Origin: Trypanosoma brucei
Taxonomy: Eukaryota
DNA length: 64,000 nt
NCBI GenBank assembly: GCA_000002445.1
Contig: CM000208.1
Span: 2,784,001 to 2,848,000 of the forward strand
Reading direction: 5' to 3'
The position numbers and the translations under genes are program-made. The notes under the pieces were generated by a model. It was not told where the DNA came from, searched no databases, and worked only from the letters and a program-made list of their open reading frames with translations. Shown here piece after piece: positions 42,797-52,982 of this stretch (within the stretch, counting starts at the first letter, position 1; the number at the start of each line of letters is the position of its first letter).

Positions 42797-43729
42797 ATGC
42801 TGCGCCACACATCACGGAACAATGCTTTGCACGCATTTGTTCGCTCACCGCATTACCGAACTATTCCGAGCGCTGGACCAAATGGGATTGTTGTCAACCG
42901 AGATATGCTCGTTCACCAGTTCAGAGACTTCTACAAAACACTTCAACATTGCTCTCTTGTCGACAAAGTCCATTTGATGTCCGAGAGACCCTCGGTAGAA
43001 GCACTACGGGTAGCGGACCAAATGGTTTCCATCGGTGCCACATTTTTAGAGATGCCACTGACAGGTATGGAACATCGCGCGACAGAATTTATGGAGTCAA
43101 TGCGGTATGTTCGTGGTGCTGGTGGACCCTCTACTCTTGCCTCGTACTTGCAAGATACGGAGAATTGCCGGTGTAATAGCGGCGATGTGGTGTGTTTACC
43201 GAATGGCATAGCAGTTGGCCACGGTCCGAGAACAAACGCAGTGGCTCATACTACGCTGAAACAATTGTTCGAAGTGAAAGATGACCAATTTTCTTTTGAT
43301 GTCTTCACTTTAGAACAGGAGGGTGATGCGCCACCGCTTGGGGACTATTTCGGTTTTGCTGGGAGCAACGTATTACTCACTTGGAAAGATGAGCACGGTT
43401 TACTTGCTGTAGATCAATACCAACAGAAACAGCCCCACACGGAGATGAATGTAGTTTATCTTGAACCTGGTTGCCATTTTTTATCTTTCTATGGTGTCGA
43501 CCACACGATAGATGTTTTAGTTCAGAAGGGCTACGAACGCTCAATGGACAGCATTGCTGCTGCGGGTTTGAATCCTATTCCTGTTCAGTGGTCGGAGATG
43601 GACAAACTTGGGATATCGATGAGGGCCGCAGTTCTTCCACTTAAATTCTTCAAGGCGAATGTTGGTGGCATGTTGTCGAGGAACAAGAGTCGTGGAGCCC
43701 GATGGCAGACGCATCAACTGCAGAAATAA
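42797..43729 (+). CDS. amidinotransferase-superfamily protein, DDAH-like (possible pseudoenzyme)
   Basis: NSGDVVCLPNGIAVGHGPRTNAVAHTTLKQLF resembles the DDAH core DGGDV..G..fvGlSkRTN as I remember it. GCHFLSF resembles the His-containing GLHLKSF. The C-terminal region (EMDKLGISMRAAVLPL) aligns to the Cys-nucleophile region (ELEKVDGLLTCCSVLI) but has no Cys. Confidence 0.5.
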   Translation: MLRHTSRNNALHAFVRSPHYRTIPSAGPNGIVVNRDMLVHQFRDFYKTLQHCSLVDKVHLMSERPSVEALRVADQMVSIGATFLEMPLTGMEHRATEFMESMRYVRGAGGPSTLASYLQDTENCRCNSGDVVCLPNGIAVGHGPRTNAVAHTTLKQLFEVKDDQFSFDVFTLEQEGDAPPLGDYFGFAGSNVLLTWKDEHGLLAVDQYQQKQPHTEMNVVYLEPGCHFLSFYGVDHTIDVLVQKGYERSMDSIAAAGLNPIPVQWSEMDKLGISMRAAVLPLKFFKANVGGMLSRNKSRGARWQTHQLQK

Positions 43730-44391
43730 TGGCTGAGGAGACTGTTTGTAGTTTAGCGCGTGCGTGTATGTGTGTGCTCATGGTTGTGGTTAGTACACAA
43801 GAGGGAACATGATGGCAAAGAAGGGCATTTGTTATTCAAAGCAAACCACGAACGTATCAGATCGAATAAACACAGTTCATTTCAGTCACTTTTATCTTGG
43901 GTAACTAACAATTTCATTGAAAGCGGCATGGCTACACATTTGTTTGTGTAGTCCAGTGGGGGAGACATACAAGTTGGGAAAGTTAAGGCATCGATGATGG
44001 CTCTGATTTTAAGCTTTTTTTGTGCCGACCTTGTTATGGACTTGCCACGTTACTGCTGATTGCTGTCAGTTATTGATGTAAGGAAAGGGAGAGTATTTTT
44101 CTTTGTGAAGGTACGTGACCTCTCTGGCTCTGCATTCCCCCTTATTGTTTCTCCTCCTTCTGTTTCGTCACTCGTTGCGTGACACACTTAGGGTGCCGGC
44201 TCGCTCACCTTCATACCCTTTCTCTGGTGTGGCGGGGGCCAATAAAGGGAGCTGTCGGCCGGGCTTGCATTAGCCGAGGGAAAGGGCAAAGGAAGACGCC
44301 CACATTGGTATTCGCAGTACCCTTGAGGTGGCTTCCTTTTAAGAGAAGGACGGGGTGAGTACCAGGCGTGCGCTGGGGAAGCAAGGCAGGT

Positions 44392-46521
44392 ATGACAATA
44401 AGCAGCCCGTGCAACCACGAATATCACCTATGGACCCTCTTCAAACTGCATTCAAAACCTCTTGGTGCTGTGACTAGTGGGGCTCATCACGGACGTTACC
44501 TGACGGAGGATGGTTTTCGGGCCATTGTAGATTCCCTCGTCGGTATGGGTCTACTAGACGGGGGCCACGTGGCAGAAAGGGAGGGAACTGAGAGCAGGAG
44601 TGACAAGAGCGTGGGCGCCGTTGTTTTGTATGGTGAGGTCGAAATTGCAACTGTGCCTTCTACCTCACCTCGTGCAAATGCGTCCACCGAGAGTGCTGGA
44701 GTTTCTGGTGAGGATGCGTTAGAGAGGGTGGATATCAGTCTGAGCATGGACTCGGCCCCTATCTGTTCCTTACCGCACCCAAACGTTGTTATCTCTGAGG
44801 TGGTTCCCCCGGTACGATTACAATCCGAAACCAAATCTTTTGGTGACACCATTGTGCCAGATGCGGAGAGCCATGCGACTGCGGAATTACCGGCTTCGCC
44901 CTGGCAGGTGGACAAGGCGGAGCCTGAGGGGAGCGGGTGGAAGCAGGGGATGGAACCTAGGGAGGACACCGTTCACAGAGGTGTTCACGGAATGCGTATG
45001 CCCTCTGACAATGGCAACCGACATCAGTTGCCAGAGAACATGACAGAAAGGTCGAAGGAGCAAGTGCAGAACACCGATGTTCGACGACGCTTGGTTGATA
45101 GTTATGTGTCTGGCGACTCCCGACAGTCGCAGAAGTGTGTGCAGTGGACTAGACGTGGCGGAGCCGTGTACCCCAATAACCACCTACGAAGTGGAGTTGA
45201 GGGTGAAACGTCTTCCTTTAATGGCACTGGCCTTGACGCTGTAATATCACTTGTGAAGTCTGACAAGACTTCGTGCTTCTCTGATATGGCATTAGACTCG
45301 GCGGCGCTGGACCAGCTACTTCCAAGAAGCGTCGAAAACGATGCGTTAGATAAAGCCAATGATAACATGTTTGTGATGATTGAGGAGGCGGCGGCACAAC
45401 AAGATTCTCTTCACGGTTTCTCACGTGTGAAGTTCTTTCCGGCTGAAAATACCGCGAATAGGCCTGACATTAGAAATCGCGGTCCACGTTTATCGACGCC
45501 ACCGCGTCGTCCTAGAAACCCGGCAGTGATTCTTCCATCTCCCCATGTATCGATCACCGATGAAAGGTATAAGAGGCCAGGTGCGTCACCGAGGCCGTCG
45601 CAATCATCTTTCAGGTCACCGCGCCTTTCCCCTAATAATAGAGGTTCTTCTGTCCGTTTTCATCCATCTACAAGCTTCCAGACTCCAGTCGGTAGACACG
45701 GCGGGGAGGGAACTGGTGACGGACTGGCCGCTGCTGCGACCAAGACCGGTACCCGAGGCGCCGCTTTCGTGGGTCCACGAGCATCAATGGATGAAGAAAG
45801 GACGGCGTTATCAGAGGATGTGAATACTGACGAGAGAAGACAAGTTCAGCAGCTGATGCCCAGACGATCTATCAATACCAGTGGTAGCGGAAGTTGTGGG
45901 TACACCTCGAGAGGCAGCGAAGGATTTCCACAACCTCCGGGGCGCCGCATGGTTGGCGGAGTTACCTCGTTAGAGTCCGCGCAGCCCAGACACCTGCCAC
46001 GGAACGCCGTGGGTTCAACACAAGACGGAATGGGCATGGGGTCGGCTGTGGCCTTACCGCAGTACCGGAGAAAAGCATTACTCACATCGGATGCAACGTC
46101 GGCCGATCACACCTTTGGGGAATGGAGCTCCCTGAGCCCCCAAGGAGTCATGCACCATGGTGCGTGTGCCCCTTTCCGAGGTTCCAACACAAATAGTTCA
46201 CTCAGCGGTGGGCAAGGAAGCGGGACAATGACGAGTGACCCACGAAGATTTGTTGCGAGACCTGCTGTGGGACCCACGGCACCACTGCCACTTCTATTGG
46301 GGCCCCGTGGCCGACGCCGCAGCGCATCAGTTCCATGTTGCCCTCACGGCACGGAGCCTTCGCCACGACCGCCAAGGTCGCTCTCGAAACGTGCCCGTCT
46401 TCGTGCCGAGCGGAAGTGGAGGCCGATGGAGCCACCCGCTGTCCCCCACACAAGAGCCCGCAGTTGGGGTTTCCGTGCCGGAGGAAATGTTACGGCACCG
46501 CTAATCCCAACCTGGGAGTAG
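44392..46521 (+). CDS. hypothetical S/R/P-rich protein
   Basis: The track start 44368 is a GTG. The first ATG is 44392 (MTISSPC). 709 aa, low complexity, Ser/Arg/Pro-rich C-terminal half. No domain recognised. Confidence 0.55.
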   Translation: MTISSPCNHEYHLWTLFKLHSKPLGAVTSGAHHGRYLTEDGFRAIVDSLVGMGLLDGGHVAEREGTESRSDKSVGAVVLYGEVEIATVPSTSPRANASTESAGVSGEDALERVDISLSMDSAPICSLPHPNVVISEVVPPVRLQSETKSFGDTIVPDAESHATAELPASPWQVDKAEPEGSGWKQGMEPREDTVHRGVHGMRMPSDNGNRHQLPENMTERSKEQVQNTDVRRRLVDSYVSGDSRQSQKCVQWTRRGGAVYPNNHLRSGVEGETSSFNGTGLDAVISLVKSDKTSCFSDMALDSAALDQLLPRSVENDALDKANDNMFVMIEEAAAQQDSLHGFSRVKFFPAENTANRPDIRNRGPRLSTPPRRPRNPAVILPSPHVSITDERYKRPGASPRPSQSSFRSPRLSPNNRGSSVRFHPSTSFQTPVGRHGGEGTGDGLAAAATKTGTRGAAFVGPRASMDEERTALSEDVNTDERRQVQQLMPRRSINTSGSGSCGYTSRGSEGFPQPPGRRMVGGVTSLESAQPRHLPRNAVGSTQDGMGMGSAVALPQYRRKALLTSDATSADHTFGEWSSLSPQGVMHHGACAPFRGSNTNSSLSGGQGSGTMTSDPRRFVARPAVGPTAPLPLLLGPRGRRRSASVPCCPHGTEPSPRPPRSLSKRARLRAERKWRPMEPPAVPHTRARSWGFRAGGNVTAPLIPTWE

Positions 46522-47250
46522 CCGAAGTTTTCTGCCCAAATGGGGGAAAAGAATCGGTGTGTGTGTGTGTATGTATGGGGAGACATTGCCTGGGAAAATA
46601 CGCGAATGTTATGGCAGCTGCTGCAACGCGAGTAACTTTGAAAAGTTATAGAAAACAGGGACAATATGTTGTAATCATGCTACTTTGTCCTTCGGCTCCT
46701 ACGAGCAAAGAACTGACCCTCCTCGTTCCTGCCGGACAGTTGGCCATTGTGCTATCCGTACGTGTCGGGCACCGTCGAATCCGGCTCCTTGCATCACAGT
46801 AGCTGTTCTTTCTATATATATTTTTGCTCTTGCTACCGAATAGATGATGGAACTTCAACGTAAAGGCGTGAAAGGGCCAGCGGCTATGGGATGTGGTGCA
46901 TCCCATTAGGCTGGAATACGCAAGTGTACCCTTTTGTACTGTGTCGGATTGTAGTTGCTACGTACCCATATCCTAAAGAGTTTCAAATTATTTTCCATAT
47001 TTTACTCTCTCCAGGAAGCCAATGGAATTCTCATTTGGGCTTCTATTATTACCCTTTGATTTTTGAGACTGTTGACACCCTGTGACATTGCTTATATGTA
47101 TGTATTAACTGTGTGAGCAAGCATGCCCCCCCCTCGTGATGTATAGCAATACATTTGCATGTATAATCGACGTTATGTTGTAACCAGTTTTCTATGTAAA
47201 GTTCTACTGATTTCCTCATCGGTTATCCTGAAAGGGAAGCCTCGTTAGAG

Positions 47251-48201
47251 ATGGTGGTGGGACACCGGGTTCTCACAACTGCCCCGCGGCAGTCTAGTTA
47301 CACTAGGGTTGGGTTGGTGAGACCAGCTCTTCTCAGTTTATCTGTCACCAGTGTTTCTACCGTGCAATACGTGGGGGATGGTGCGTGTTCGTATTGCTGC
47401 TGCAGTAGGCGTTACATTCGCACCATCATCACACCACGCCCTGCTGTTACTACACTTGTATACATTGACAAGTATGGACGGCCGGTTCGAAATGGAACGG
47501 AGACGGATGTTTCACTGATACGCACTCGAGACAACCAATTTTACCTGCAACGCGTGCTGCCCGGCGGGGAGGTGATACGCTGGCGTGCCCCTGGGCTAGA
47601 CCATCTGAAGCATGTTACCAACTTTGAGACGTACAACCTTAATGAGATTGACGAGTATGGTGGGGTTATAATCCCGGCTGGTGTGATGCCTACAACACCC
47701 AACGACCCCCCGAGTTATCACGATGCGGTGTATTACATTAACCGCATGGAGGCCACGGAAAAGATCACTCGCAAGACCAGACGCCGCTGGCACCGCCGCC
47801 TCTATGCCCATTGGAAGGAGAGCCCAGATAAATTCTTTAACTACTCCATAAGCGCCTACGGGGTTCCGTTCATTGTACTCTTGTGGTTAACCATCCGTGG
47901 TTTTCACAGCATAAAGAACAACAAACCATTCTGGGACGTTAATGTGTATGGAAAAACAGATGAGGAGTCCGATGCACGCGACCCTTGGCTGCGGCTGATG
48001 CGGTTCTCAGACCGCCACCCCGAGCACGAGGGGCTTGACCTGACTGTCACAATGATGTCCCCAGGACAGTCGCGGCTGTCAAACTCTCGTGCAGAGCTGC
48101 GGGAGTCGGACTTTACGGACCCACATTTTCACAGTGAGTTGTGGTGGAAGCTACGGCACGTGCGGTACTACGGGCACTGGCCAAAGGGCTTGTCGGAGTA
48201 A
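47251..48201 (+). CDS. hypothetical protein (one predicted TM segment)
   Basis: ATG start. 316 aa. Basic, hydroxylated N-terminus. Hydrophobic segment YGVPFIVLLWLTIRGF. No family recognised. Confidence 0.5.
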   Translation: MVVGHRVLTTAPRQSSYTRVGLVRPALLSLSVTSVSTVQYVGDGACSYCCCSRRYIRTIITPRPAVTTLVYIDKYGRPVRNGTETDVSLIRTRDNQFYLQRVLPGGEVIRWRAPGLDHLKHVTNFETYNLNEIDEYGGVIIPAGVMPTTPNDPPSYHDAVYYINRMEATEKITRKTRRRWHRRLYAHWKESPDKFFNYSISAYGVPFIVLLWLTIRGFHSIKNNKPFWDVNVYGKTDEESDARDPWLRLMRFSDRHPEHEGLDLTVTMMSPGQSRLSNSRAELRESDFTDPHFHSELWWKLRHVRYYGHWPKGLSE

Positions 48202-48721
48202 GTAAAGGTGATGGTGATTTATTGTGAAAACAGAGACAATGCCGGTAGTGTGCGCAGAGGAAGGCACACAAGAGGGGAGAAAAACTGGGCAAGGGGAAGT
48301 CATCTCATTTATCGTTTGTAGTTGTTAATCAGCTTGCATTTGCTTTGTTACGCATGCAGTTGCATCCGGGAATCCTCCTCCTGAGTCAAATGCAGTCAAG
48401 CAGGTACACACGGGGCAGCGAAGGTAATAGGGTGAAAATTGTAACTGCCATCGTCTTTTTGTTGCTTACCATCATTTTTTTTTTTGTGGATGGAGGTCTG
48501 CACTACTTCATGAGTGTTTGCACTGGCTCACATTGGCAAAAGGATGATTTTCCTTCCAATGCTTTCATTCTTTCCCTTTGAATCATCTCCTTCATTTGAG
48601 ATCATCATTCCCCTTTCTTTTACCGCTCCCTACACGCTCGTCCCACTGCCATCACTCCATATTCTGACTTCCACGTGGTTAAGAGCGGTATGTATGAATA
48701 TATAGTTTTTGCTTTCACACC

Positions 48722-48791
48722 TCTTCCCCGGCATCTTTACCTTTTTCTATTGTGTGTGAAGTATCCTGTTTTGTTTCCCAATTGCTTTCAG
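48722..48791 (+). promoter_or_regulatory. polypyrimidine tract and AG acceptor immediately upstream of the thioredoxin-like gene
   Basis: ctcttccccggcatctttacctttttctattgtgtgtgaagtatcctgttttgtttcccaattgctttcag followed by AAATG. The GTG 'start' at 48752 in the track lies inside this tract. Confidence 0.5.
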
Positions 48792-48793
48792 AA

Positions 48794-49297
48794 ATGACCC
48801 AAAACATTATTCGTCGCATCTTTGGCAATCGTGAACTGCCGGAGAACCTTAGCGGTAGCGAGTACGAGCGCTACATGCAGGAAAACTTTCCCAAGTGGAT
48901 TGATGAGTTTGAAAAGGGCGGGTTTCTTGAGGCAACAAAACTCCCAGCCATAAAGAGTGAGAGGGATTTCTTGAGCAAACTCATTGAACACAAAGACGAA
49001 ATTATGGTGGTTAAGTACTGGAAGCACGGATGCATCCCGTGCCTCTCATTGGCGGAAATGTACAAACAGGTATCGGAGCAATGCAAAAAAGAAAACCGCC
49101 GTATTGCGTGGTACAGTGTGAATACAAAAGATGTTAGCGCGCGATCGTTAGTTGACTACCAACTCGTTAACGGAACCCCCACAGTCCAGACATTCAGTAG
49201 GATGAAACAGGTGGGTAAAGAAATTCGAGCAATAAGTGCGGAGGAGCTAATGAGGGAGCTTTCTTTACGCGAGGCTGCTCTGAATACAGAGAGTTAG
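48794..49297 (+). CDS. thioredoxin-fold protein (atypical CIPC motif)
   Basis: MVVKYWKHGCIPCLSLAEMYKQVSEQ aligns to the thioredoxin active-site region (VVDFWAEWCGPCK...), with CxxC present as C-I-P-C. Size is 167 aa. Confidence 0.6.
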   Translation: MTQNIIRRIFGNRELPENLSGSEYERYMQENFPKWIDEFEKGGFLEATKLPAIKSERDFLSKLIEHKDEIMVVKYWKHGCIPCLSLAEMYKQVSEQCKKENRRIAWYSVNTKDVSARSLVDYQLVNGTPTVQTFSRMKQVGKEIRAISAEELMRELSLREAALNTES

Positions 49298-49566
49298 GTT
49301 GAATGGAGGAGACCACTCTTCCCCATGTCTTTTCCTTACGGAAAGGCTCTGATCTTCACACGAAATCAAACTGTTCTTTTTTAGGAAGTAACGGTGGCAC
49401 ATAGTAGGCGGCGTTATGTATGGATGTCGTCCTGATATTGTCCCTGGTTGCACTGTTCGGAACACACCCCCACCTCTCATCTTCTACCTCTGTGCCCTTT
49501 TAGCTCAACAGTCAGGACACAATTCGTGTCGTTATGGACAGGGTGGTCAAATTTTCACACACATAT

Positions 49567-49584
49567 GTATATATATATATATAT
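49567..49584. repeat. (TA)n microsatellite
   Basis: tatatatatatatatata, read directly. Confidence 0.9.
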
Positions 49585-49644
49585 TCCTTGCATTTTCCCT
49601 TTTCCCTGGGTTAGATACGCTCTTCGGAGCTGTGACGTTAATAA

Positions 49645-51099
49645 ATGGAAGGGGCCGCTGGAGGGCATGACAATAGAAACGCTTCCACGAAAAGTTTGAC
49701 AGCATGGCAAACTAATTTGGAGGAAGAGAAGTGTGCACTCCTATCAGCGGTAGGAAGCGCTGACGGCAAGCAGAATGAGGAATGTGAGGAAGCCGTTATG
49801 TTCCCGGGAGGAGGATGTAATGTTGTCAGCGCTGTTAATGGCGCGCCCGCTATCAGTGTTTTCCCAGCTAAGGTGGGTTACTTTGGTTATTATTTTGCTC
49901 TTGGGTCCGTTATCGCCTTTTACGGTGTCATTTTCACATCGAAAGGTATGAGCCCAAGCCACATTGGACTGCTGCTGTCGTTCACACCTCTAGCAAATAC
50001 CGTGCTTTTCCCTACCGTCACGTACATAGCCGATCGTTTTCAGTGTTCGAGTCACATTCTTGTAATGTGTTGCATCGCAAGCTCATTTTTCACTGCTGTC
50101 TTTTTGCTGAGCAACACAACCGTGGCAGCGCTCATCTCGTTTCACTTACTTGTGGTGACCCGATCCCCTATTAGCCCACTTCTGGATCAGCATACACTTT
50201 CCATATTCCCTAAGGAGGGGAGAGTAAAGGATTGGGGGGCATTACGTTCCTTCGGAGCTCTTGGTTGGGGTGTTGGAAGTGCCGTATCTGCAACTACGGT
50301 TGATTTAACGTCCACATGGGCTTTGGCGTCTTTTTTGTTTGCGGCCGGCCAAGTGGGCGTGCTCTACTGTGTTTTAAGGTCGAAGCCATATGAAGTGGTG
50401 GAGAGGACCCCGATGCAATTTCATGAGGTGTTTCTTTTCGTACTTCATCATAGGCGTTTACTATTGTTCCTCACTGCCTCATGTTTTATGGGCGCCGGGT
50501 TTGCACTCGTCAATAACTTTCTGTTTGTTTTCTTGGAGACCCTCGGTGGGTCAAAGGTTCTGATGGGGCTGTCGCTTGCCCTGACCGTCAGCACCGAAAT
50601 TCCCATATTTCAGAACGCTAAATACTTTCAGGAACTCTTCACCGACCGTCAGATGCTTTCGATATCTATGGCCACGTGGATGCTTCGTGTCGTTGGATAT
50701 TCTCTGTTGCAGAATCCGTGGTTGGTATTACTGCTGGAACCACTTCACGGCATCACGTTCGGTTTCACGTGGTTGCCGGGTGTGCATATTGTTAATACCG
50801 TTTTCCCGCCGAACCTCTCCAACTCTGCAACGGGGTTTCTATATTTCTTTGTCAACGGCATCGGACCGATTACTGGCAGCGTTCTTGGGGGGGCCATCTA
50901 TGAGTGGCTGGGACCTAGGGTTATGTTCCGAGCCGCCGCGTTTGTTGTCTTTTGTGTGCTTGTCTTATTCGTATTTCTCGATCGATACCTTGAAAAAGAA
51001 GAAGCAGTTTCTGCTACCGCTGGCGACACTTTGGCTTGCACGACCGATGCTGTTGTCGCAGGAGAAGTGCGGCTTTCTGGTGAAAGCGAGAGGTGCTAG
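49645..51099 (+). CDS. major facilitator superfamily (MFS) transporter
   Basis: ATG is the first start after the polyY/AG at about 49605. About 12 hydrophobic helices in two halves with a central loop. MFS-like motifs are present (GALRSFGALGWGVG; LGPRVMFRAAAF). Confidence 0.7.
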   Translation: MEGAAGGHDNRNASTKSLTAWQTNLEEEKCALLSAVGSADGKQNEECEEAVMFPGGGCNVVSAVNGAPAISVFPAKVGYFGYYFALGSVIAFYGVIFTSKGMSPSHIGLLLSFTPLANTVLFPTVTYIADRFQCSSHILVMCCIASSFFTAVFLLSNTTVAALISFHLLVVTRSPISPLLDQHTLSIFPKEGRVKDWGALRSFGALGWGVGSAVSATTVDLTSTWALASFLFAAGQVGVLYCVLRSKPYEVVERTPMQFHEVFLFVLHHRRLLLFLTASCFMGAGFALVNNFLFVFLETLGGSKVLMGLSLALTVSTEIPIFQNAKYFQELFTDRQMLSISMATWMLRVVGYSLLQNPWLVLLLEPLHGITFGFTWLPGVHIVNTVFPPNLSNSATGFLYFFVNGIGPITGSVLGGAIYEWLGPRVMFRAAAFVVFCVLVLFVFLDRYLEKEEAVSATAGDTLACTTDAVVAGEVRLSGESERC

Positions 51100-51372
51100 A
51101 AAACGTAAGTTTCTCACACGTTCTTCATACCGGTATCGGTAATCTAAACTATCCTATTGTTTGTGTTTCCGTTATCCCAACCCAACTGAAATACGTGGAA
51201 TGAGTGTGTGGGTTGTTGCTAGGGGCATGCATAAAACTTCGTGGCAATATGCCACCTGTGGCCCGCTGTCTCACTGTTGGGAGCTGGGTTTTTTAGGTGT
51301 GAGTTCTTCTGTACGCTGAGTTAACAAACTCCCCCTTTCCCCCTTATTATTAACCAGCCTAAATTTTATCCG

Positions 51373-51840
51373 ATGCAGGCAGTGGGTGAAACGTCCGTGT
51401 CAGGAGGATGGGCTGAAGATGAAGATTATCTACTCGGCGCCCGTTCCTGCGGGGATGGGGCGACCGTACCACTGAACATCGCCCATGTTCACCAGTCTGC
51501 GACTACCCAAAGGCGACGGGAGTTCTCTGAAATATTTTCTGTTGGTAACTCTATGAGGATGCACTCGGACTCTCCCGTTGCAAGTAGCATTGACACATGT
51601 TTAATTGGATCTTCAGGAGAGGAACGTCTTTCTCCCACTGTGGCAGACGATCAACGTGTTTTGGAATGCTTAGCTTCTATTGCATACCTAGTGGGGTCAC
51701 CACTTCAGCGCTCACAACCCACAGCCGCAGAACCAGTGCAAAAGGCGTTATGCGTTGTGAGAAAACTGCTTCAGCGCGGCGTTAACCCGGAGCAGATAAT
51801 TAACGTAATTGAGTCCCGGGACGGAGTGGGGGGGGGGTAA
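51373..51840 (+). CDS. hypothetical small protein
   Basis: ATG-initiated 155-aa ORF in a 0.7-kb inter-gene space. The ORF ends inside a G10 homopolymer (51828-51837), so its C-terminus is sensitive to run-length error. Confidence 0.35.
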   Translation: MQAVGETSVSGGWAEDEDYLLGARSCGDGATVPLNIAHVHQSATTQRRREFSEIFSVGNSMRMHSDSPVASSIDTCLIGSSGEERLSPTVADDQRVLECLASIAYLVGSPLQRSQPTAAEPVQKALCVVRKLLQRGVNPEQIINVIESRDGVGGG

Positions 51841-52162
51841 CAATACCGAAGATTTTTGAATAAGAGAACATGTACGATGTCCCTCATGCCAACGAGCAAG
51901 GTGTCGGACGTCGGGTTGTGACTACGCCTGCAGGGTGGAACCGATTGTTTTTTGTTTTTTCACCTACAGAAGAGCCAGTTGCTACGGTTGTTACGCTCAA
52001 ATTCAGTGAAGATTTACTGCTACTGCTCGCTTTTTCTTTTTTCACTCCTGTTCCCCCTGACAATTGTGAAGAAGACCAGTGTAATTATCAGCACTCGATA
52101 CAAAGTAAGGGAGTGAAAGTGGAGAATAAAACCTAACAAACCGACCACTGCAGGTGATTAAA

Positions 52163-52945
52163 ATGTTATCAGGAAAGGTGGCGCTTGTTACTGGATCGAC
52201 CAGTGGTATCGGGTTTGGAATTGCGAGGCAGCTGGCGGCAGCTGGTGCCGACATTCTCCTCAACGGAAAAGAATCTTCCCTGAGGGACGCGAGTTTGTTG
52301 GAAAACTTGGAAAAGTACGGGCGACGTGTTCGCTACTTTGGTGCGGATAACAGGTGCAGACCGGCCCTCGAGGATATGGTGAAGTATGCAGAGGACGAGC
52401 TTGGCAAAGTGGATATTCTGGTTAATAACGCGGGGATACAGCATGTCGCATCCGTGACTACACTCCCAGCGGAGAAATGGAATGATGTCATCTCTATAAA
52501 CCTTAGTGCATCTTTCCACACCATACAACTTTGCCTACCGCGCATGCAACAACGGGGTTGGGGCCGGATAATCAACATTTCTTCCGTCCATGGCATAGTT
52601 GGTTCGGCTAATAAAGCGGCGTACTGCGCTGCCAAGCATGGGTTACTCGGTCTTACTAAAGCAGTTGCACTAGAGGTCGCGACAACAGGCGTCACTTGCA
52701 ACGCCGTGTGCCCCGGCTATGTTCGCACACCTTTAGTTGAGGTGCAAGTGAAGGCCATCGCCGATGCAAAGTTTAATGGAGATATTGAAGCCGCGAAAGT
52801 TGAGCTTCTGCGGGAAAAGCAACCTTCAAAGAGCTTCATAACAGTTGAACAGGTTGGGGATGTTGTACTGTGGCTCGCGAATCCGTCTTCCAGTCAAATC
52901 AACGGCTCAAACATTACAGTGGACGGTGGCTGGACAGCACAGTAG
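52163..52945 (+). CDS. short-chain dehydrogenase/reductase, bacterial-type D-3-hydroxybutyrate dehydrogenase-like
   Basis: The track start 52154 is a GTG. The ATG is 52163 (MLSGKVALVTGSTSGIGFGIA). SDR motifs TGxxxGIG, NNAG, catalytic Ser and YCAAKHG (YxxxK). The overall pattern is close to bacterial BDH (MLKGKVAVVTGSTSGIGLGIA). Confidence 0.9.
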   Translation: MLSGKVALVTGSTSGIGFGIARQLAAAGADILLNGKESSLRDASLLENLEKYGRRVRYFGADNRCRPALEDMVKYAEDELGKVDILVNNAGIQHVASVTTLPAEKWNDVISINLSASFHTIQLCLPRMQQRGWGRIINISSVHGIVGSANKAAYCAAKHGLLGLTKAVALEVATTGVTCNAVCPGYVRTPLVEVQVKAIADAKFNGDIEAAKVELLREKQPSKSFITVEQVGDVVLWLANPSSSQINGSNITVDGGWTAQ

Positions 52946-52968
52946 GAATAAGGGCCAAAGATACTCCT

Positions 52969-52982
52969 CCCCCCCCCCCCCC
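52969..52982. repeat. C14 homopolymer in the BDH 3' flank
   Basis: cctcc(c)14, read directly. Confidence 0.9.
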
